Shown here one piece after another: positions 30,153-40,694 of a stretch of 64,000 nucleotides of DNA; positions within the stretch are counted from its first letter, which is position 1; each line of letters begins with the position of its first letter. Made by a program: the position numbers and the translations under genes. The notes beneath the pieces were generated by a model that did not search any database, was not told the origin of the DNA, and worked only from the letters and a program-made list of their open reading frames with translations. Source of the stretch: a virus (taxonomy: Duplodnaviria; Caudoviricetes); IMG/VR virus record IMGVR_UViG_3300032038_000001, positions 128,001 through 192,000 of that record; one strand, 5' to 3'.

Positions 30153-31145
30153 TTATCTCCATGTTATTTGATATTTTTTACCATAGCTATCTGTAGCTAT
30201 ACCAGTTGATCTATTAATACTTAATGTTGTTCTTAACGGAAGAGGATAATCTGCTATCTCATTTCCCTCTTCATCAAGCGCATAATAGAAGTAATCTTCA
30301 ACATCATTACTATTAATAGATACATAAATTGTTATATTGCGATTTTCATACTTAAGATATTTTTCAACTTCTTCAGAACGCTCACTGTCAGCAAGGCTTT
30401 CTGATAAACTATCAAAAAGTTCATCTTCTGTAAAATCGCTAATCTCAGTAGGAGAACCAGTTCCTACGATTTGACCTCTTTCGCTAATCATCTTATTAAG
30501 AAGTGAACCTGCAAAATCGCTCATATTTTCTCCTTCACCACCATTACCAAATTCTTTTTTCTGTTTCATGGTAAGTTCAGCAATAAGTTTTTTTGCATTT
30601 ACATTCTTTTCAATAAGTTGCATTGCTAATGCTCGTGCACCGGTTATATTTTCAACTAAATCAGTCATTGTCTTGTTTACGCCACGAGCCGATGATTTAG
30701 AAGATTTCATAGCATCATATTCTTTTTGTAATGTATCTGTGAATCTATTTTGGTCTGCTAATAGATTTCTATATAAATTAAGTTCAGGTTCAAATTCTTT
30801 CGCATAATCAATCAATTCACTTTTTTTCTTTTTCTTCTTCTTTTTCTTTTTACCAAAATCAATATCAAAAATTGAACCACTTGTATATTTAGATTTCTTA
30901 ATTTTAATATCAGATAGTGTATTAAACCATTCATCATCATTATCAAAATAGTTATCTATATCATCATTTTCTTTTTTAGCATCAGATTCATTACTCTTTA
31001 TTATAGAAGATGGTAAAAATGTTCCAGTAGATGCTATATCATAATCTGTCATGTCTTCAACTTCTCTTATCTGATCAAGGATTTTTTGATGTTTTGATTT
31101 TTTATATTTAGGATTAAGGATATCCTCTTCATCATGTTTCGACAT
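30153..31145 (-). CDS. hypothetical protein with poly-Lys tract and coiled coil
   Basis: Start re-called at ATG31145 after AAGGAGGT (330 aa); AACA-N6-TA at 31173-31184. Confidence 0.75.
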   Translation of the reverse strand: MSKHDEEDILNPKYKKSKHQKILDQIREVEDMTDYDIASTGTFLPSSIIKSNESDAKKENDDIDNYFDNDDEWFNTLSDIKIKKSKYTSGSIFDIDFGKKKKKKKKKKSELIDYAKEFEPELNLYRNLLADQNRFTDTLQKEYDAMKSSKSSARGVNKTMTDLVENITGARALAMQLIEKNVNAKKLIAELTMKQKKEFGNGGEGENMSDFAGSLLNKMISERGQIVGTGSPTEISDFTEDELFDSLSESLADSERSEEVEKYLKYENRNITIYVSINSNDVEDYFYYALDEEGNEIADYPLPLRTTLSINRSTGIATDSYGKKYQITWR

Positions 31146-31241
31146 ATTATGTAACCTCCTTCTAAATAGATTTATAGTTGTGTTATCAGAACGATTTTCT
31201 ATTCGGAAAAAAACACAGAAATAAACTAAAAAATATAGGAA

Positions 31242-33107
31242 GTGATTGTTATGAAAATAGATAAGGACAACGCGATGCTTATAGATATCCAGTATATCAA
31301 AGCAAACAGACGTGAAGATCATCCTGACTATTTATATTTAATATGGAAAGATTTAAAAACTGGTGAAAAACATTTACAGGTTATACCAGAACCAATGATT
31401 GATATTTATTTTGAAAAACCTGAATTTAGAAATCATACTTTTTCTAAAACATATGAAAGAGTTGAGCATCTCAATAAAAAGACCGTTAAATATAAAGATA
31501 TTATATTCGAAATAGCTAATGATATGGGAGATGCTGGAAAGAATAGACTCAGAGACTGTTTTACGACAGGAAATTACCGAGGTATTCAAGAATTTTACAC
31601 ATATCCTTATGTTTATGGTGCTGATTATGATATTAGAGCTTGGTATAGATACAAATGGCTTCAGCAAATGGATAATGATAAACCAAAAACAATTAGTAAG
31701 GGGTTTATGGATATAGAAGTTGATTCATTTGAAGCTCCAGGCATGGCTGATGCAACATATTGTCCAATAGACATGGTTACAGTCATTGATATGTCTGCTA
31801 ATCAATCTTATACGTTTGCATTGATTGGTGTTGATTGTGTTGAACATGATATGTCTACGATGACTGTAAAACAAAAAGAACATGAGCTGTATAGACGTTC
31901 GATGTATAATAAGCGAATGGAACAGCAAGAATACTGGTCAACACATGAAGATGAACTTATTAAAGAAGCACATAAGATGTTTGATGAGTCATATCCAGGA
32001 ATGGAATATAACGTATATTTCTATAAGGATGAGAAAAAGATGCTTGTTCATCTTTTTCAGTTAATCAATAAATTAAAACTTGATTTTATTGGAATTTGGA
32101 ATATATCATTTGATATTCCATTTATAATTGATAGGTTAAAAAATATGGATTTAGACCCAGCTCAAGTAATGTGTCATCATGATTTTCCTATCAAACAATG
32201 TTATTTTAAAAAAGATACTATAAACTTTCAAGTTAAAAATAAATCAGATTTCTTTCATATTTCATCTTATACAGTTTTCTTTGACCAGATGATTAATTAT
32301 GCGGCAATACGTAAAGGTGGTCAGGAACTTCGTTCAAATAAACTTACGTATGTTGCACAAAAAGAACTTAATGATGAAAAGCTTGATTATAGTGAAGACG
32401 GCGATATCAAAACGTTATCATATAACAACTGGTTATTGTATTTTCTTTATAATATAAAGGACGTTCTTCTTCAGAAAGGTATTGAAGAAAAAACATCTGA
32501 TGTAGATACCTATTATCTTACATCATATAAAAATATGACACCATACGAGTCCGAGTTTAAACAAACCGTGAAGCTTAGGAACGTACAATATAAGTCGTTT
32601 GCTAAACAAGGATTGGTACCTGGTGAGAATATTAATAAATTTATTTATAATTCTCAAGAAAGAGAAGCAGATGACTATGACGATGAAGAAGAAGAGAAGA
32701 AAACCAAGTTTGAGGGTGCTTTAGTAGGTGACCCATCATTAATAGATAAATTCGGAGAACGAATGTTTGGTGAAAAAACAAACTGCATATTTAAATATAG
32801 TATTGATATGGATATGTCAAGATTTTATCCATCATGTATAGCCGCTATGAATATTGAGCCAAGTTGTCTTATTTTTAAAGCATCGGTAGACCCCAGCGAG
32901 TATGATGTACGTGATGGCGATATACCATTTAATGGGATAACTGATGTTCAAATAAATAAACACAATAATGATTCGTTTGAAACAGATATAGCAAAAGAAA
33001 TATTTGATAATTTTCAGACAAGAAATTATTTGTCGGTTGCCCATAAGTGGTTAAATTTTCCATCAGTTAATGATGTATACGAACGATTAAAAGATGAACT
33101 TGATTAA
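31242..33107 (+). CDS. split family-B DNA polymerase, N-terminal subunit (3'-5' exonuclease plus motif A)
   Basis: ExoI DIEVD, ExoII WNISFDIPF, ExoIII YNIKD, FEGALV, motif A DMSRFYPS; motifs B (KxxxNSxYG) and C (DTDS) absent. Confidence 0.88.
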   Translation: MIVMKIDKDNAMLIDIQYIKANRREDHPDYLYLIWKDLKTGEKHLQVIPEPMIDIYFEKPEFRNHTFSKTYERVEHLNKKTVKYKDIIFEIANDMGDAGKNRLRDCFTTGNYRGIQEFYTYPYVYGADYDIRAWYRYKWLQQMDNDKPKTISKGFMDIEVDSFEAPGMADATYCPIDMVTVIDMSANQSYTFALIGVDCVEHDMSTMTVKQKEHELYRRSMYNKRMEQQEYWSTHEDELIKEAHKMFDESYPGMEYNVYFYKDEKKMLVHLFQLINKLKLDFIGIWNISFDIPFIIDRLKNMDLDPAQVMCHHDFPIKQCYFKKDTINFQVKNKSDFFHISSYTVFFDQMINYAAIRKGGQELRSNKLTYVAQKELNDEKLDYSEDGDIKTLSYNNWLLYFLYNIKDVLLQKGIEEKTSDVDTYYLTSYKNMTPYESEFKQTVKLRNVQYKSFAKQGLVPGENINKFIYNSQEREADDYDDEEEEKKTKFEGALVGDPSLIDKFGERMFGEKTNCIFKYSIDMDMSRFYPSCIAAMNIEPSCLIFKASVDPSEYDVRDGDIPFNGITDVQINKHNNDSFETDIAKEIFDNFQTRNYLSVAHKWLNFPSVNDVYERLKDELD

Positions 33108-33121
33108 TGAGGTAAAAAATA

Positions 33122-33715
33122 ATGGCTAAAAAAATAACATTTAGAGATTTGCTTGTTAAAATAACAACTATTCTCTCATCAGATCTATATCTGATAAACA
33201 ATCAGTATATAATAGGTGGTCCGAAATCAAATGATAATAATATAGGATATTTTGTATTTAAATTAAATCCAGATATTATTAATGTATGCAACGAAACCAA
33301 TTTTCTTGATGCATCTGAGTCATATTATTTTGCTGATGCTAAGGCCGCAAAAGATGACCTTGAAAATAACTGCTGTAAGCTTACTAAGCCATCCCAAATT
33401 ACATGGTCTAAAAAAATGCTTTCTACTGTCATGGATATTGTAGATAATATAGAAACATGGAATAAATTTAATTTTACTGATAAAGAAATAGATGCATTAT
33501 TTGATGAAAACTGCACTATAGATTTATTTGCAGATAGTACTGAGATATCTACAGTAACAGTTAGTAAAACTTTATTCCCTTTAACAAACGAAAAAAATAT
33601 ATCAGACTTATATTATACCGTAGATAAACATGAAGATTTCAATAATTTGATATTATCATTAGATTACTCAATGTTTCAGCTTTATATGTTATATAGATAT
33701 ATTGATGTTGACTAA
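33122..33715 (+). CDS. hypothetical protein
   Basis: 197 aa directly downstream of the polymerase gene. Confidence 0.7.
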   Translation: MAKKITFRDLLVKITTILSSDLYLINNQYIIGGPKSNDNNIGYFVFKLNPDIINVCNETNFLDASESYYFADAKAAKDDLENNCCKLTKPSQITWSKKMLSTVMDIVDNIETWNKFNFTDKEIDALFDENCTIDLFADSTEISTVTVSKTLFPLTNEKNISDLYYTVDKHEDFNNLILSLDYSMFQLYMLYRYIDVD

Positions 33716-33816
33716 TAATAGAGATGTAGTGTATACATACACTACATCTCTATTATTCTTTACTGCATATTTTTCCTATCAGAAAACATTGAATTAACAT
33801 TTAAATACTGAAAGGA

Positions 33817-36273
33817 GTGATCAATTTGCCGGCTAATAATAAAAAAGCAGGTAGTAAAAAATCTAATACTGAAATTTCTGAATTAGAAAGAGCATCTTCT
33901 ATATTAAAAGATAAGAGTGTTAGAAGAAATCTATCTCAAATTGAAAATATATTAGGTCAAGCAAATTTAAACTTATACGGTACAGACAGAACTTCTGAAG
34001 TAGATACGTTGAATTCTAAATTTCAATCTCTTCTTCATGAAGAAATAGGTGTTTTGACTCAAAAGGATGACGAAGATGTAACGTCATTTATTAATAAATT
34101 ATATTCAGCAGATAAGAAGAGTACCGCTGCTTCAAATCTTTTAGATAATCAATTTGTATCTATGACTGGAGAAGAAGTACAAGCAGTACAAGGATTTTTA
34201 TATGATGTATATAGAAATAGACTTCTTGAACAAAATGACCTTCATGAGGTTGCTTCTCAACTTATTGAATTAAGTGAAGCGATATTAATAACTCGTGATG
34301 CGATAGTTTCAGCTGATGTAGTTGAAGGACGTATGTCTAGAACTCTTAAATTTGATAAAATTGATCAGGAAGATGCTGAGAATACTTTACCAATAGTGGA
34401 GTCTCTTGAGAAACGATTCTCGCTTCTTGAAAAAATAAAAAACTTTGTTATACCAAAAACTCTTGAATATGGAGAGTACTATGCATATTGTATTCCATAT
34501 TCAAAGATTTTTAATGATTTTATGAAAAATAAAAATAATACAAAGACTGGAAATATGTATAAAGAAACATCTTTATACGAAAGTGTTTCAGATAACACTG
34601 TTACCCGAAGTGGCAATAAAAATAGTAATAAAAGTAATAAATTTATTGATGATATTTTCACGGAATATGTTAGTAATTTTCCTGAAAGTAAACAAAGTGA
34701 AATAAAATCTAAAGAAAAAGAATTTAAAGAAGATGTCTCTAATATTCTTAAAAATATAATAATATGTAATGATTCAGTTCCACTTCCTGTAATGGAAGAA
34801 GGGTTTGCTTCAATAAAAACATATATGGATGAATATGTTAATGAAAGTGGTGATACATTTACAGAAGCAAAAACCGTAAGGAAAGATAAGAAATCAGTTG
34901 ACTCTTTATTTAACAAGATAATCAATGATGATACAAAAAATGGTATCACATTTGTTGATGATACAAAATCAAAAGGAAAAGCTAAAGATGACTTTTCAGA
35001 TATCAAGGATTGCTATCTTAAACTTATAGAACCTACTAAAATTATTCCTGTAAAGATAATGAATCAGACTATTGGGTATTATTATGTACAAGAAGAGGAT
35101 ATCACACCTCTTGCTGGAATGATTTCATCAACTTTATACTATAATAAATTTGATGAAGCAAATCAGCAGCAATCTATAGTTGATTCTATTGCAAAAAGAA
35201 TAGTAGATTGTTTTGATAAGGATTTTCTTAAAGATAATATAAAATTTAAGGAAACAATAGTTGAGGCTATTAACTATTATAATTTAAATGAAAAAAGACT
35301 TAAATTCCAGTTCATTCCTGTAGAGTACATAGTTCCTTTCAAGATTGACCAAGACGAGTATGGTAATGGACAATCAATGATAAAGAAATCATTATTCTAT
35401 GCTAAACTTTATTTAATGCTTCTTCTATTCAAAATCATGTCTATTATATTAAATAGTAATGACCAAAAGGTAAACTATTTAAAAACATCTGGTATTGATA
35501 AAAATGTAGCTAATAAAGTACAAGAGATTGCACGTATAAAACAGTCACGTCAAATTAATATGTATGATTTATTTAATTATACCACATTAATCAATAAGGT
35601 GGGTAACGGAACAGAAGTCTACATACCTACTGGTAGGTCTGGTGAAAGACCTATTGAAACAGAGATTTTATCAGGCCAAGACGTACAGTTAAATAGTGAA
35701 CTTCTTGAAATGTTAAAGAACTCATATATACTGGGAACAGGTGTTCCTGCAGCTATTATTAACTATTTAAATGAAGCAGATTTCGCTAAAGTCATCGAAC
35801 AAAACAATACTAAGTTTAATGGTAGAGTAGTTAACTATCAACTCGATTTTAATCCTAGTATAACTGAATTATATCAAAAGATAATGAGATGGTCAACAAA
35901 TATACCGGATCAAATGGTAGACAATTTTGAATTCGCATTACAACCTCCTAAAACAGTTGCATCTACTGCTAAAGGTGAAGCTATTAATGCATTCAATCAG
36001 TTGGTTGAATTTGTTGTTGGTATTAAGTATGGTGACCCTGGTCAGGCCGAAGCTGATAATCCCAGTATAAATAAAGAAATAAGAAGATTTAAAGAACTTT
36101 ATGCTGCAGAGCAACTTCCTCTTCTTAATATGGATAGGATTAATAAACTATGTGAGCAGGCTGCTATTGATGTTAAAGAAGAGACTCTCAAGCCTAATCC
36201 TAACAATGGTGATAATGGTGAAGATGATGGTATAGACGGTCTTGACTTAGACGGTGAAGAAGGAGAAGAATAA
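33817..36273 (+). CDS. portal protein (T4 gp20-like)
   Basis: 818 aa; LEYGEYY, GQSMIKKSL, YIPTGRSGERPIETEILSGQ, GVPAAII pattern; acidic tail; AACA-N6-TA at 33785-33796. Confidence 0.72.
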   Translation: MINLPANNKKAGSKKSNTEISELERASSILKDKSVRRNLSQIENILGQANLNLYGTDRTSEVDTLNSKFQSLLHEEIGVLTQKDDEDVTSFINKLYSADKKSTAASNLLDNQFVSMTGEEVQAVQGFLYDVYRNRLLEQNDLHEVASQLIELSEAILITRDAIVSADVVEGRMSRTLKFDKIDQEDAENTLPIVESLEKRFSLLEKIKNFVIPKTLEYGEYYAYCIPYSKIFNDFMKNKNNTKTGNMYKETSLYESVSDNTVTRSGNKNSNKSNKFIDDIFTEYVSNFPESKQSEIKSKEKEFKEDVSNILKNIIICNDSVPLPVMEEGFASIKTYMDEYVNESGDTFTEAKTVRKDKKSVDSLFNKIINDDTKNGITFVDDTKSKGKAKDDFSDIKDCYLKLIEPTKIIPVKIMNQTIGYYYVQEEDITPLAGMISSTLYYNKFDEANQQQSIVDSIAKRIVDCFDKDFLKDNIKFKETIVEAINYYNLNEKRLKFQFIPVEYIVPFKIDQDEYGNGQSMIKKSLFYAKLYLMLLLFKIMSIILNSNDQKVNYLKTSGIDKNVANKVQEIARIKQSRQINMYDLFNYTTLINKVGNGTEVYIPTGRSGERPIETEILSGQDVQLNSELLEMLKNSYILGTGVPAAIINYLNEADFAKVIEQNNTKFNGRVVNYQLDFNPSITELYQKIMRWSTNIPDQMVDNFEFALQPPKTVASTAKGEAINAFNQLVEFVVGIKYGDPGQAEADNPSINKEIRRFKELYAAEQLPLLNMDRINKLCEQAAIDVKEETLKPNPNNGDNGEDDGIDGLDLDGEEGEE

Positions 36274-36276
36274 ATT

Positions 36277-36315
36277 CGTAAAATAAAAAATTATAATGAT
36301 ATATTATATATGTGT
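36277..36315 (+). promoter_or_regulatory. early-type phage promoter
   Basis: CGTA-N17-GATATATTAT-N4-GTGT. Confidence 0.6.
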
Positions 36316-36587
36316 AATAAGAAGATTATAAGCCACGTATAATCTTCACCCAGATAAACTAAGTTTAACATCAGACTGCAGCTGATGTAGAAATCTTAAA
36401 TTATGATGCTCGTGGCTTGCCGGCTTACATAATTTGAGATTCACTTAGTTATATTATATCGAAAAAGGAGTGAAAAGGTAGTTATATTATATCGAAAAAG
36501 GAGTGAAAAGGATGATTAATAGAATCAAAATTCCCTGATTAGACCGCACGTATTAATATCAATTAATACGTGCGGTCTTCTTTTTTT
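36312..36587 (+). ncRNA. candidate structured RNA with kissing-loop pseudoknot and 8-codon mini-ORF
   Basis: Own promoter and terminator (36541-36587); loops AGCCACG (36331-36337) and CGTGGCT (36411-36417) are complementary; several perfect stems. Confidence 0.65.
36446..36511 (+). repeat. perfect 33-bp tandem duplication containing an SD sequence
   Basis: TAGTTATATTATATCGAAAAAGGAGTGAAAAGG twice. Confidence 0.95.
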
Positions 36588-36646
36588 ATATTTTTTATAA
36601 AAAAAATGATGGTGAAAGTAATACTTTCACCATCATTATTATTTTT

Positions 36647-37564
36647 TTAGGTAGTGGACTCCCAGGTACTTGCAGGTAATACTGCATTCGATGTACCCGT
36701 TTCTACTTTTTCTAAAAGCTTACCAGTCTTAACATCATAACTCTTACCATTACCATCATCAACGTCAACAGTAAACCCACTATAGAAGTTAAGCGAGTTA
36801 GCAAGCATTTTATATTTTTCAAGTAACTTACAAGCCACAACGTTAATCTGAATCGATTCGTATTTTGTACATGTAAAGTTGATATCAACGTCTACAATAT
36901 TATGGGTACCTGACTCATAGTTGAATGCATCAGTATTTATACCCTTAGGGAAGCAGTTGGCAAGTAAACAAGCATATTCAACTTTTTCACCAGTGTTATC
37001 AGTAGCAACATAGATAAACTCTGCTGTCTGATTAGACTGTTTTCTCTTAATTGAAGGGTCAACTCCATGATAAGTTGCTAAACCTGTTAACAGGTCAGTT
37101 GTACCATTAATCCATGTATGAAGAACTTCACGAATAGGTGAACCTGAGAACTCATAAACCTTAACAGTAAATTCATTGGTGCCGTCTTCAGCTGCCATAG
37201 GTATTTCAAACTGTTTACCTACATAGCCACCTTTAAGAGGTTCAAAGTTAACAGAAACATCACCTATACCAGAAACTGCGGTATTACCATATTCGAGTAT
37301 ATGCTTAAATATAGCCATCTGAGGAGGCATGAGTTCTGAAACAAATAAAGGTGTTCTAACCATAAATAAACGGCCATAACCGGTCTTAAGAGGATCATAC
37401 TTTTCAAGTACATCATGAGTGACATTAGTACCGCCTAAAAACAGTGCGTATTCAGTCAGTGATGCATCCTGAAAGGTTTTCATTGAACTGCCGCCACCCT
37501 GAATAGAATTGTTGTGACTAATACTATTATTAGTAGAGCTATCTGCCTGTGCATATTGTGCCAT
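36647..37564 (-). CDS. tail tube protein
   Basis: 305 aa right after the sheath gene; YEFSGSPIREVLHTWI, LANCFPK beta-rich tube pattern. Confidence 0.7.
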   Translation of the reverse strand: MAQYAQADSSTNNSISHNNSIQGGGSSMKTFQDASLTEYALFLGGTNVTHDVLEKYDPLKTGYGRLFMVRTPLFVSELMPPQMAIFKHILEYGNTAVSGIGDVSVNFEPLKGGYVGKQFEIPMAAEDGTNEFTVKVYEFSGSPIREVLHTWINGTTDLLTGLATYHGVDPSIKRKQSNQTAEFIYVATDNTGEKVEYACLLANCFPKGINTDAFNYESGTHNIVDVDINFTCTKYESIQINVVACKLLEKYKMLANSLNFYSGFTVDVDDGNGKSYDVKTGKLLEKVETGTSNAVLPASTWESTT

Positions 37565-37584
37565 ATTTCATTTCACCATCCTTC

Positions 37585-40575
37585 TTACAGCATAACAGTT
37601 CCAGTGGTAGAACTATTATTATCAGTGTTAGTGCTTTCATCATATGTTCTCTTATTGATATCAATTTCGAGAATAGCACGCTTCTGAAGACCTCTAAATA
37701 CAACTGCAACATAACAGTGTAAAATAGAACGATCAAACTCCCACTTATTAACTCTAAATTCTACATCAATTGAAAGAACCTTAGAACCAGTCCAATCAGA
37801 GAACTTAGCTTTTTCAAATGCAGAGAAGTGCTCTCTTTCACTTGCATCAGCAAAGTCATAGAGTCTACTATGAATATCTGTTTCAATTATTCTCTTGATT
37901 GCATAGAGAGTAAATACATTATTCTCCTCAGAGAGGTCAGTCAGATCAGTCTGTGCTGTTGTCTGAGTAGCTCTCTGGAATACATTATCATCAAGAGTCT
38001 CAAAATAGTTGAAGTTATTCTGATACAGCTCTTCCTTGAGATCAGCCTCATAGTCTTCAATAGAGGGCTCGAGAGTATCTCTAATATGACCAGTAAGCTG
38101 TGCCTTTGCTTTAACCATAGGAATATGAGTTCCATAGTTAATAACATGATCAGCAAACTGCTGAGCAAGGAAATAAGTAATAGAAACCTTAACTCTCTTC
38201 TGAGAAGGAGTTTCTCTTACCATGAAGTGTTGTGTATTCTTCGAGATCAGGCAATGATTATCAATACCAGTCTTATCAGAACCTATAGTACTGAATACAG
38301 CATAATCACGAATGAGGCTAGCGATATTAGACTTAGAGAACGACTCCATTTCAATACCACAGTCGAGATACAGAGGAGCATCATTTCTTACAACTACAAG
38401 TTCTGCAAGAACCTGCTTAACCTCATAACTATAGTTTGCATCAAACCATGCAGTAACAGGAATTCTTCTTGAAGAAAGAATCTTTCTATCAAAAGTGCCA
38501 TTAAATGCATTCTTATAGCATTCATCAATTTCCTGTGCTACCGTCCACTGTGTAACATCAGTAGTGCATTCCTTACCATCTTCATAGTAATACTTGGAAG
38601 CATTAGTATTTATAGGTTCAACACCTTCTGTAACACCATCTTCACGATAATACTTTGTTACAGTAACAGTCTTATCAGGATCAGTATCTTCAACACGAGT
38701 AAGTTCACCAGCTTCAATCTTAGCTGTAACTTCTTCTGTGTTAACAACTTCGTCTTCCTTTGTTACAGTCTTGGTTACATAATCACCAACAACTACAGAG
38801 ATGCCAGTAACTTCACCGATCTTAATCTGTGTTTCAGCATCAAAAGGAACTTCTGTCTTGGTTACATAATCACCAACATTTACGGTGATACCAGTAACAT
38901 CGCTAATCTTGATCTGTGTTGCAGGATCAAAAGGATCAGCATCATTAGCTACAACTTTAAGAGCACCAGCATCACCAGAAGCGGCTACAGCATATACTGT
39001 TTTACCAGTATAGTCATTAGCTACAACTTCAAGAGCACCTTCAGTCGTGGATGTAGCCGTTGCAAATGTAACAACATCAACTTGAACAATTGTGCCATCA
39101 GCATTGTAATGTGTATAAACAGGAATAGTAGCTGTACCACTATTGATATAATAGCTATTATCACTTGAATCTACAAATTTAACGATTGTTGCGGGAACTT
39201 CAACTTCCTTAGGGAATACAGTTTCTCCCTCTGCATCAACTGCAACGGTCTTCGAAGTTACAATGAATCCATCAGTATCAAGAATTCTGGGATTATCAAA
39301 GTAACCATTTGTACCATAGTTTACTCCAACACCCTTTACGTCGCCAAATGAAGACATAAGCTTTGTTGTAGTATAATCTGCAGGGTTTGCACCAGCAGGA
39401 ATACCACCCTTCGGAACCTCTGAAGGATACATGATACAAGGAAGCAGTTCATTGCTTGCAACCTTCTTTGCGAAGATCGGGTCAAACTCGTCAATGTCAA
39501 TAATATTATCAGGATCAGAATCCTTTATCATCGACATTAATTTCTGAAGTTCTGATACAGCATCAGAGAGCTTTACATCATTACCGTCAGCATCCTTTGC
39601 GATAATACCGGTAGGAACTCTCTCACTACCATTAACCATATTGGTAAGTGACTCTCTGCTAATAGATACGTTTGCAAAAATTTCAGCATACTTAGCAAAT
39701 GTCTCATCATACTCTGCCTCAAGTAAAGGATTGAGTTCAGTAAGGAATGATACATATGCATCGTATACATCTTCAACACCAGCTTCGTTCATGTAAATAT
39801 AAACCGGAATATCACCGATGTTGCTATTTTCAAGGATATCATTAATAAGAGTTGATGCATCATACTTAGATGATGAAACAACTGAACCAGTATAGGTTGC
39901 AATCTTGTTAAGGCCACCCTCATTGTTCATGATAACAAAATCATACATTTTGATACCATATTCTTTTTCATATGACTTATTTGTGTCAATATGAACAGAG
40001 TAGTTATCGCCGTACTTGCCTCTACCAGCAACACGGATACCCATAACAGGAGCCTGAGTGTATCCCTCGTTATCAATATACTTATCATTAACTAACTCTG
40101 TGCCATCAAGTTCAACATACTTCTTATTGAATGTTTTAGCATCACTGATACCTTCAAGGAACTTAACTGTGAACTTCAGACGGAAGCGTCTTTCACTAGC
40201 CTTAACAGTATCATTAGTTTCGTCAGCCTTATAATACAGAGAAATAACTGCATTAGAATATGTAGCATTCTCAGGCATTACACGCATACCCCATACATAA
40301 GTATTGGGCTTTCTCAGAAGTGCCAGAGGCATCATCAGAGGCTGACCATATTTCTTATAATTAGAAGTGCCATATGTCGATACAAAACTATCGTACGACG
40401 TTTTTCTTACAAATACATTGTCCACACCCTTAGATGAAACGAACGGAAATGCATAAGTTACTGAAGGATCAATTCTAGTATCGATATTTGTCTCAGCAAC
40501 CTTTGTATTATCATTGATTACAGTTTCAACGTACGGATATGAGTACTTAGGTACTATCTGTATAGATTGCGGCAT
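37585..40575 (-). CDS. contractile tail sheath protein with inserted repeat domain
   Basis: 996 aa; YPYVETVINDNT N-terminus, KKYGQP, GRGKYGD, FDANY, C-terminal sheath fold pattern; strong codon bias; AACA-N6-TA at 40644-40655. Confidence 0.82.
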   Translation of the reverse strand: MPQSIQIVPKYSYPYVETVINDNTKVAETNIDTRIDPSVTYAFPFVSSKGVDNVFVRKTSYDSFVSTYGTSNYKKYGQPLMMPLALLRKPNTYVWGMRVMPENATYSNAVISLYYKADETNDTVKASERRFRLKFTVKFLEGISDAKTFNKKYVELDGTELVNDKYIDNEGYTQAPVMGIRVAGRGKYGDNYSVHIDTNKSYEKEYGIKMYDFVIMNNEGGLNKIATYTGSVVSSSKYDASTLINDILENSNIGDIPVYIYMNEAGVEDVYDAYVSFLTELNPLLEAEYDETFAKYAEIFANVSISRESLTNMVNGSERVPTGIIAKDADGNDVKLSDAVSELQKLMSMIKDSDPDNIIDIDEFDPIFAKKVASNELLPCIMYPSEVPKGGIPAGANPADYTTTKLMSSFGDVKGVGVNYGTNGYFDNPRILDTDGFIVTSKTVAVDAEGETVFPKEVEVPATIVKFVDSSDNSYYINSGTATIPVYTHYNADGTIVQVDVVTFATATSTTEGALEVVANDYTGKTVYAVAASGDAGALKVVANDADPFDPATQIKISDVTGITVNVGDYVTKTEVPFDAETQIKIGEVTGISVVVGDYVTKTVTKEDEVVNTEEVTAKIEAGELTRVEDTDPDKTVTVTKYYREDGVTEGVEPINTNASKYYYEDGKECTTDVTQWTVAQEIDECYKNAFNGTFDRKILSSRRIPVTAWFDANYSYEVKQVLAELVVVRNDAPLYLDCGIEMESFSKSNIASLIRDYAVFSTIGSDKTGIDNHCLISKNTQHFMVRETPSQKRVKVSITYFLAQQFADHVINYGTHIPMVKAKAQLTGHIRDTLEPSIEDYEADLKEELYQNNFNYFETLDDNVFQRATQTTAQTDLTDLSEENNVFTLYAIKRIIETDIHSRLYDFADASEREHFSAFEKAKFSDWTGSKVLSIDVEFRVNKWEFDRSILHCYVAVVFRGLQKRAILEIDINKRTYDESTNTDNNSSTTGTVML

Positions 40576-40694
40576 AATCTATAAACCTCCTTTTAAATTT
40601 TTTATTAGTTATAGATTTTATAAAGTCTATAAATTATAGATTTTATATATTTGTTTTGAGGATTTATATAGGTTTTACTATAAAAAAATACTCA

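Noticed and set aside
37828-38472. 214-aa plus-strand ORF, and similar ones opposite the capsid and paralog genes
   Set aside because: Antisense open frames caused by strong codon bias of highly expressed genes
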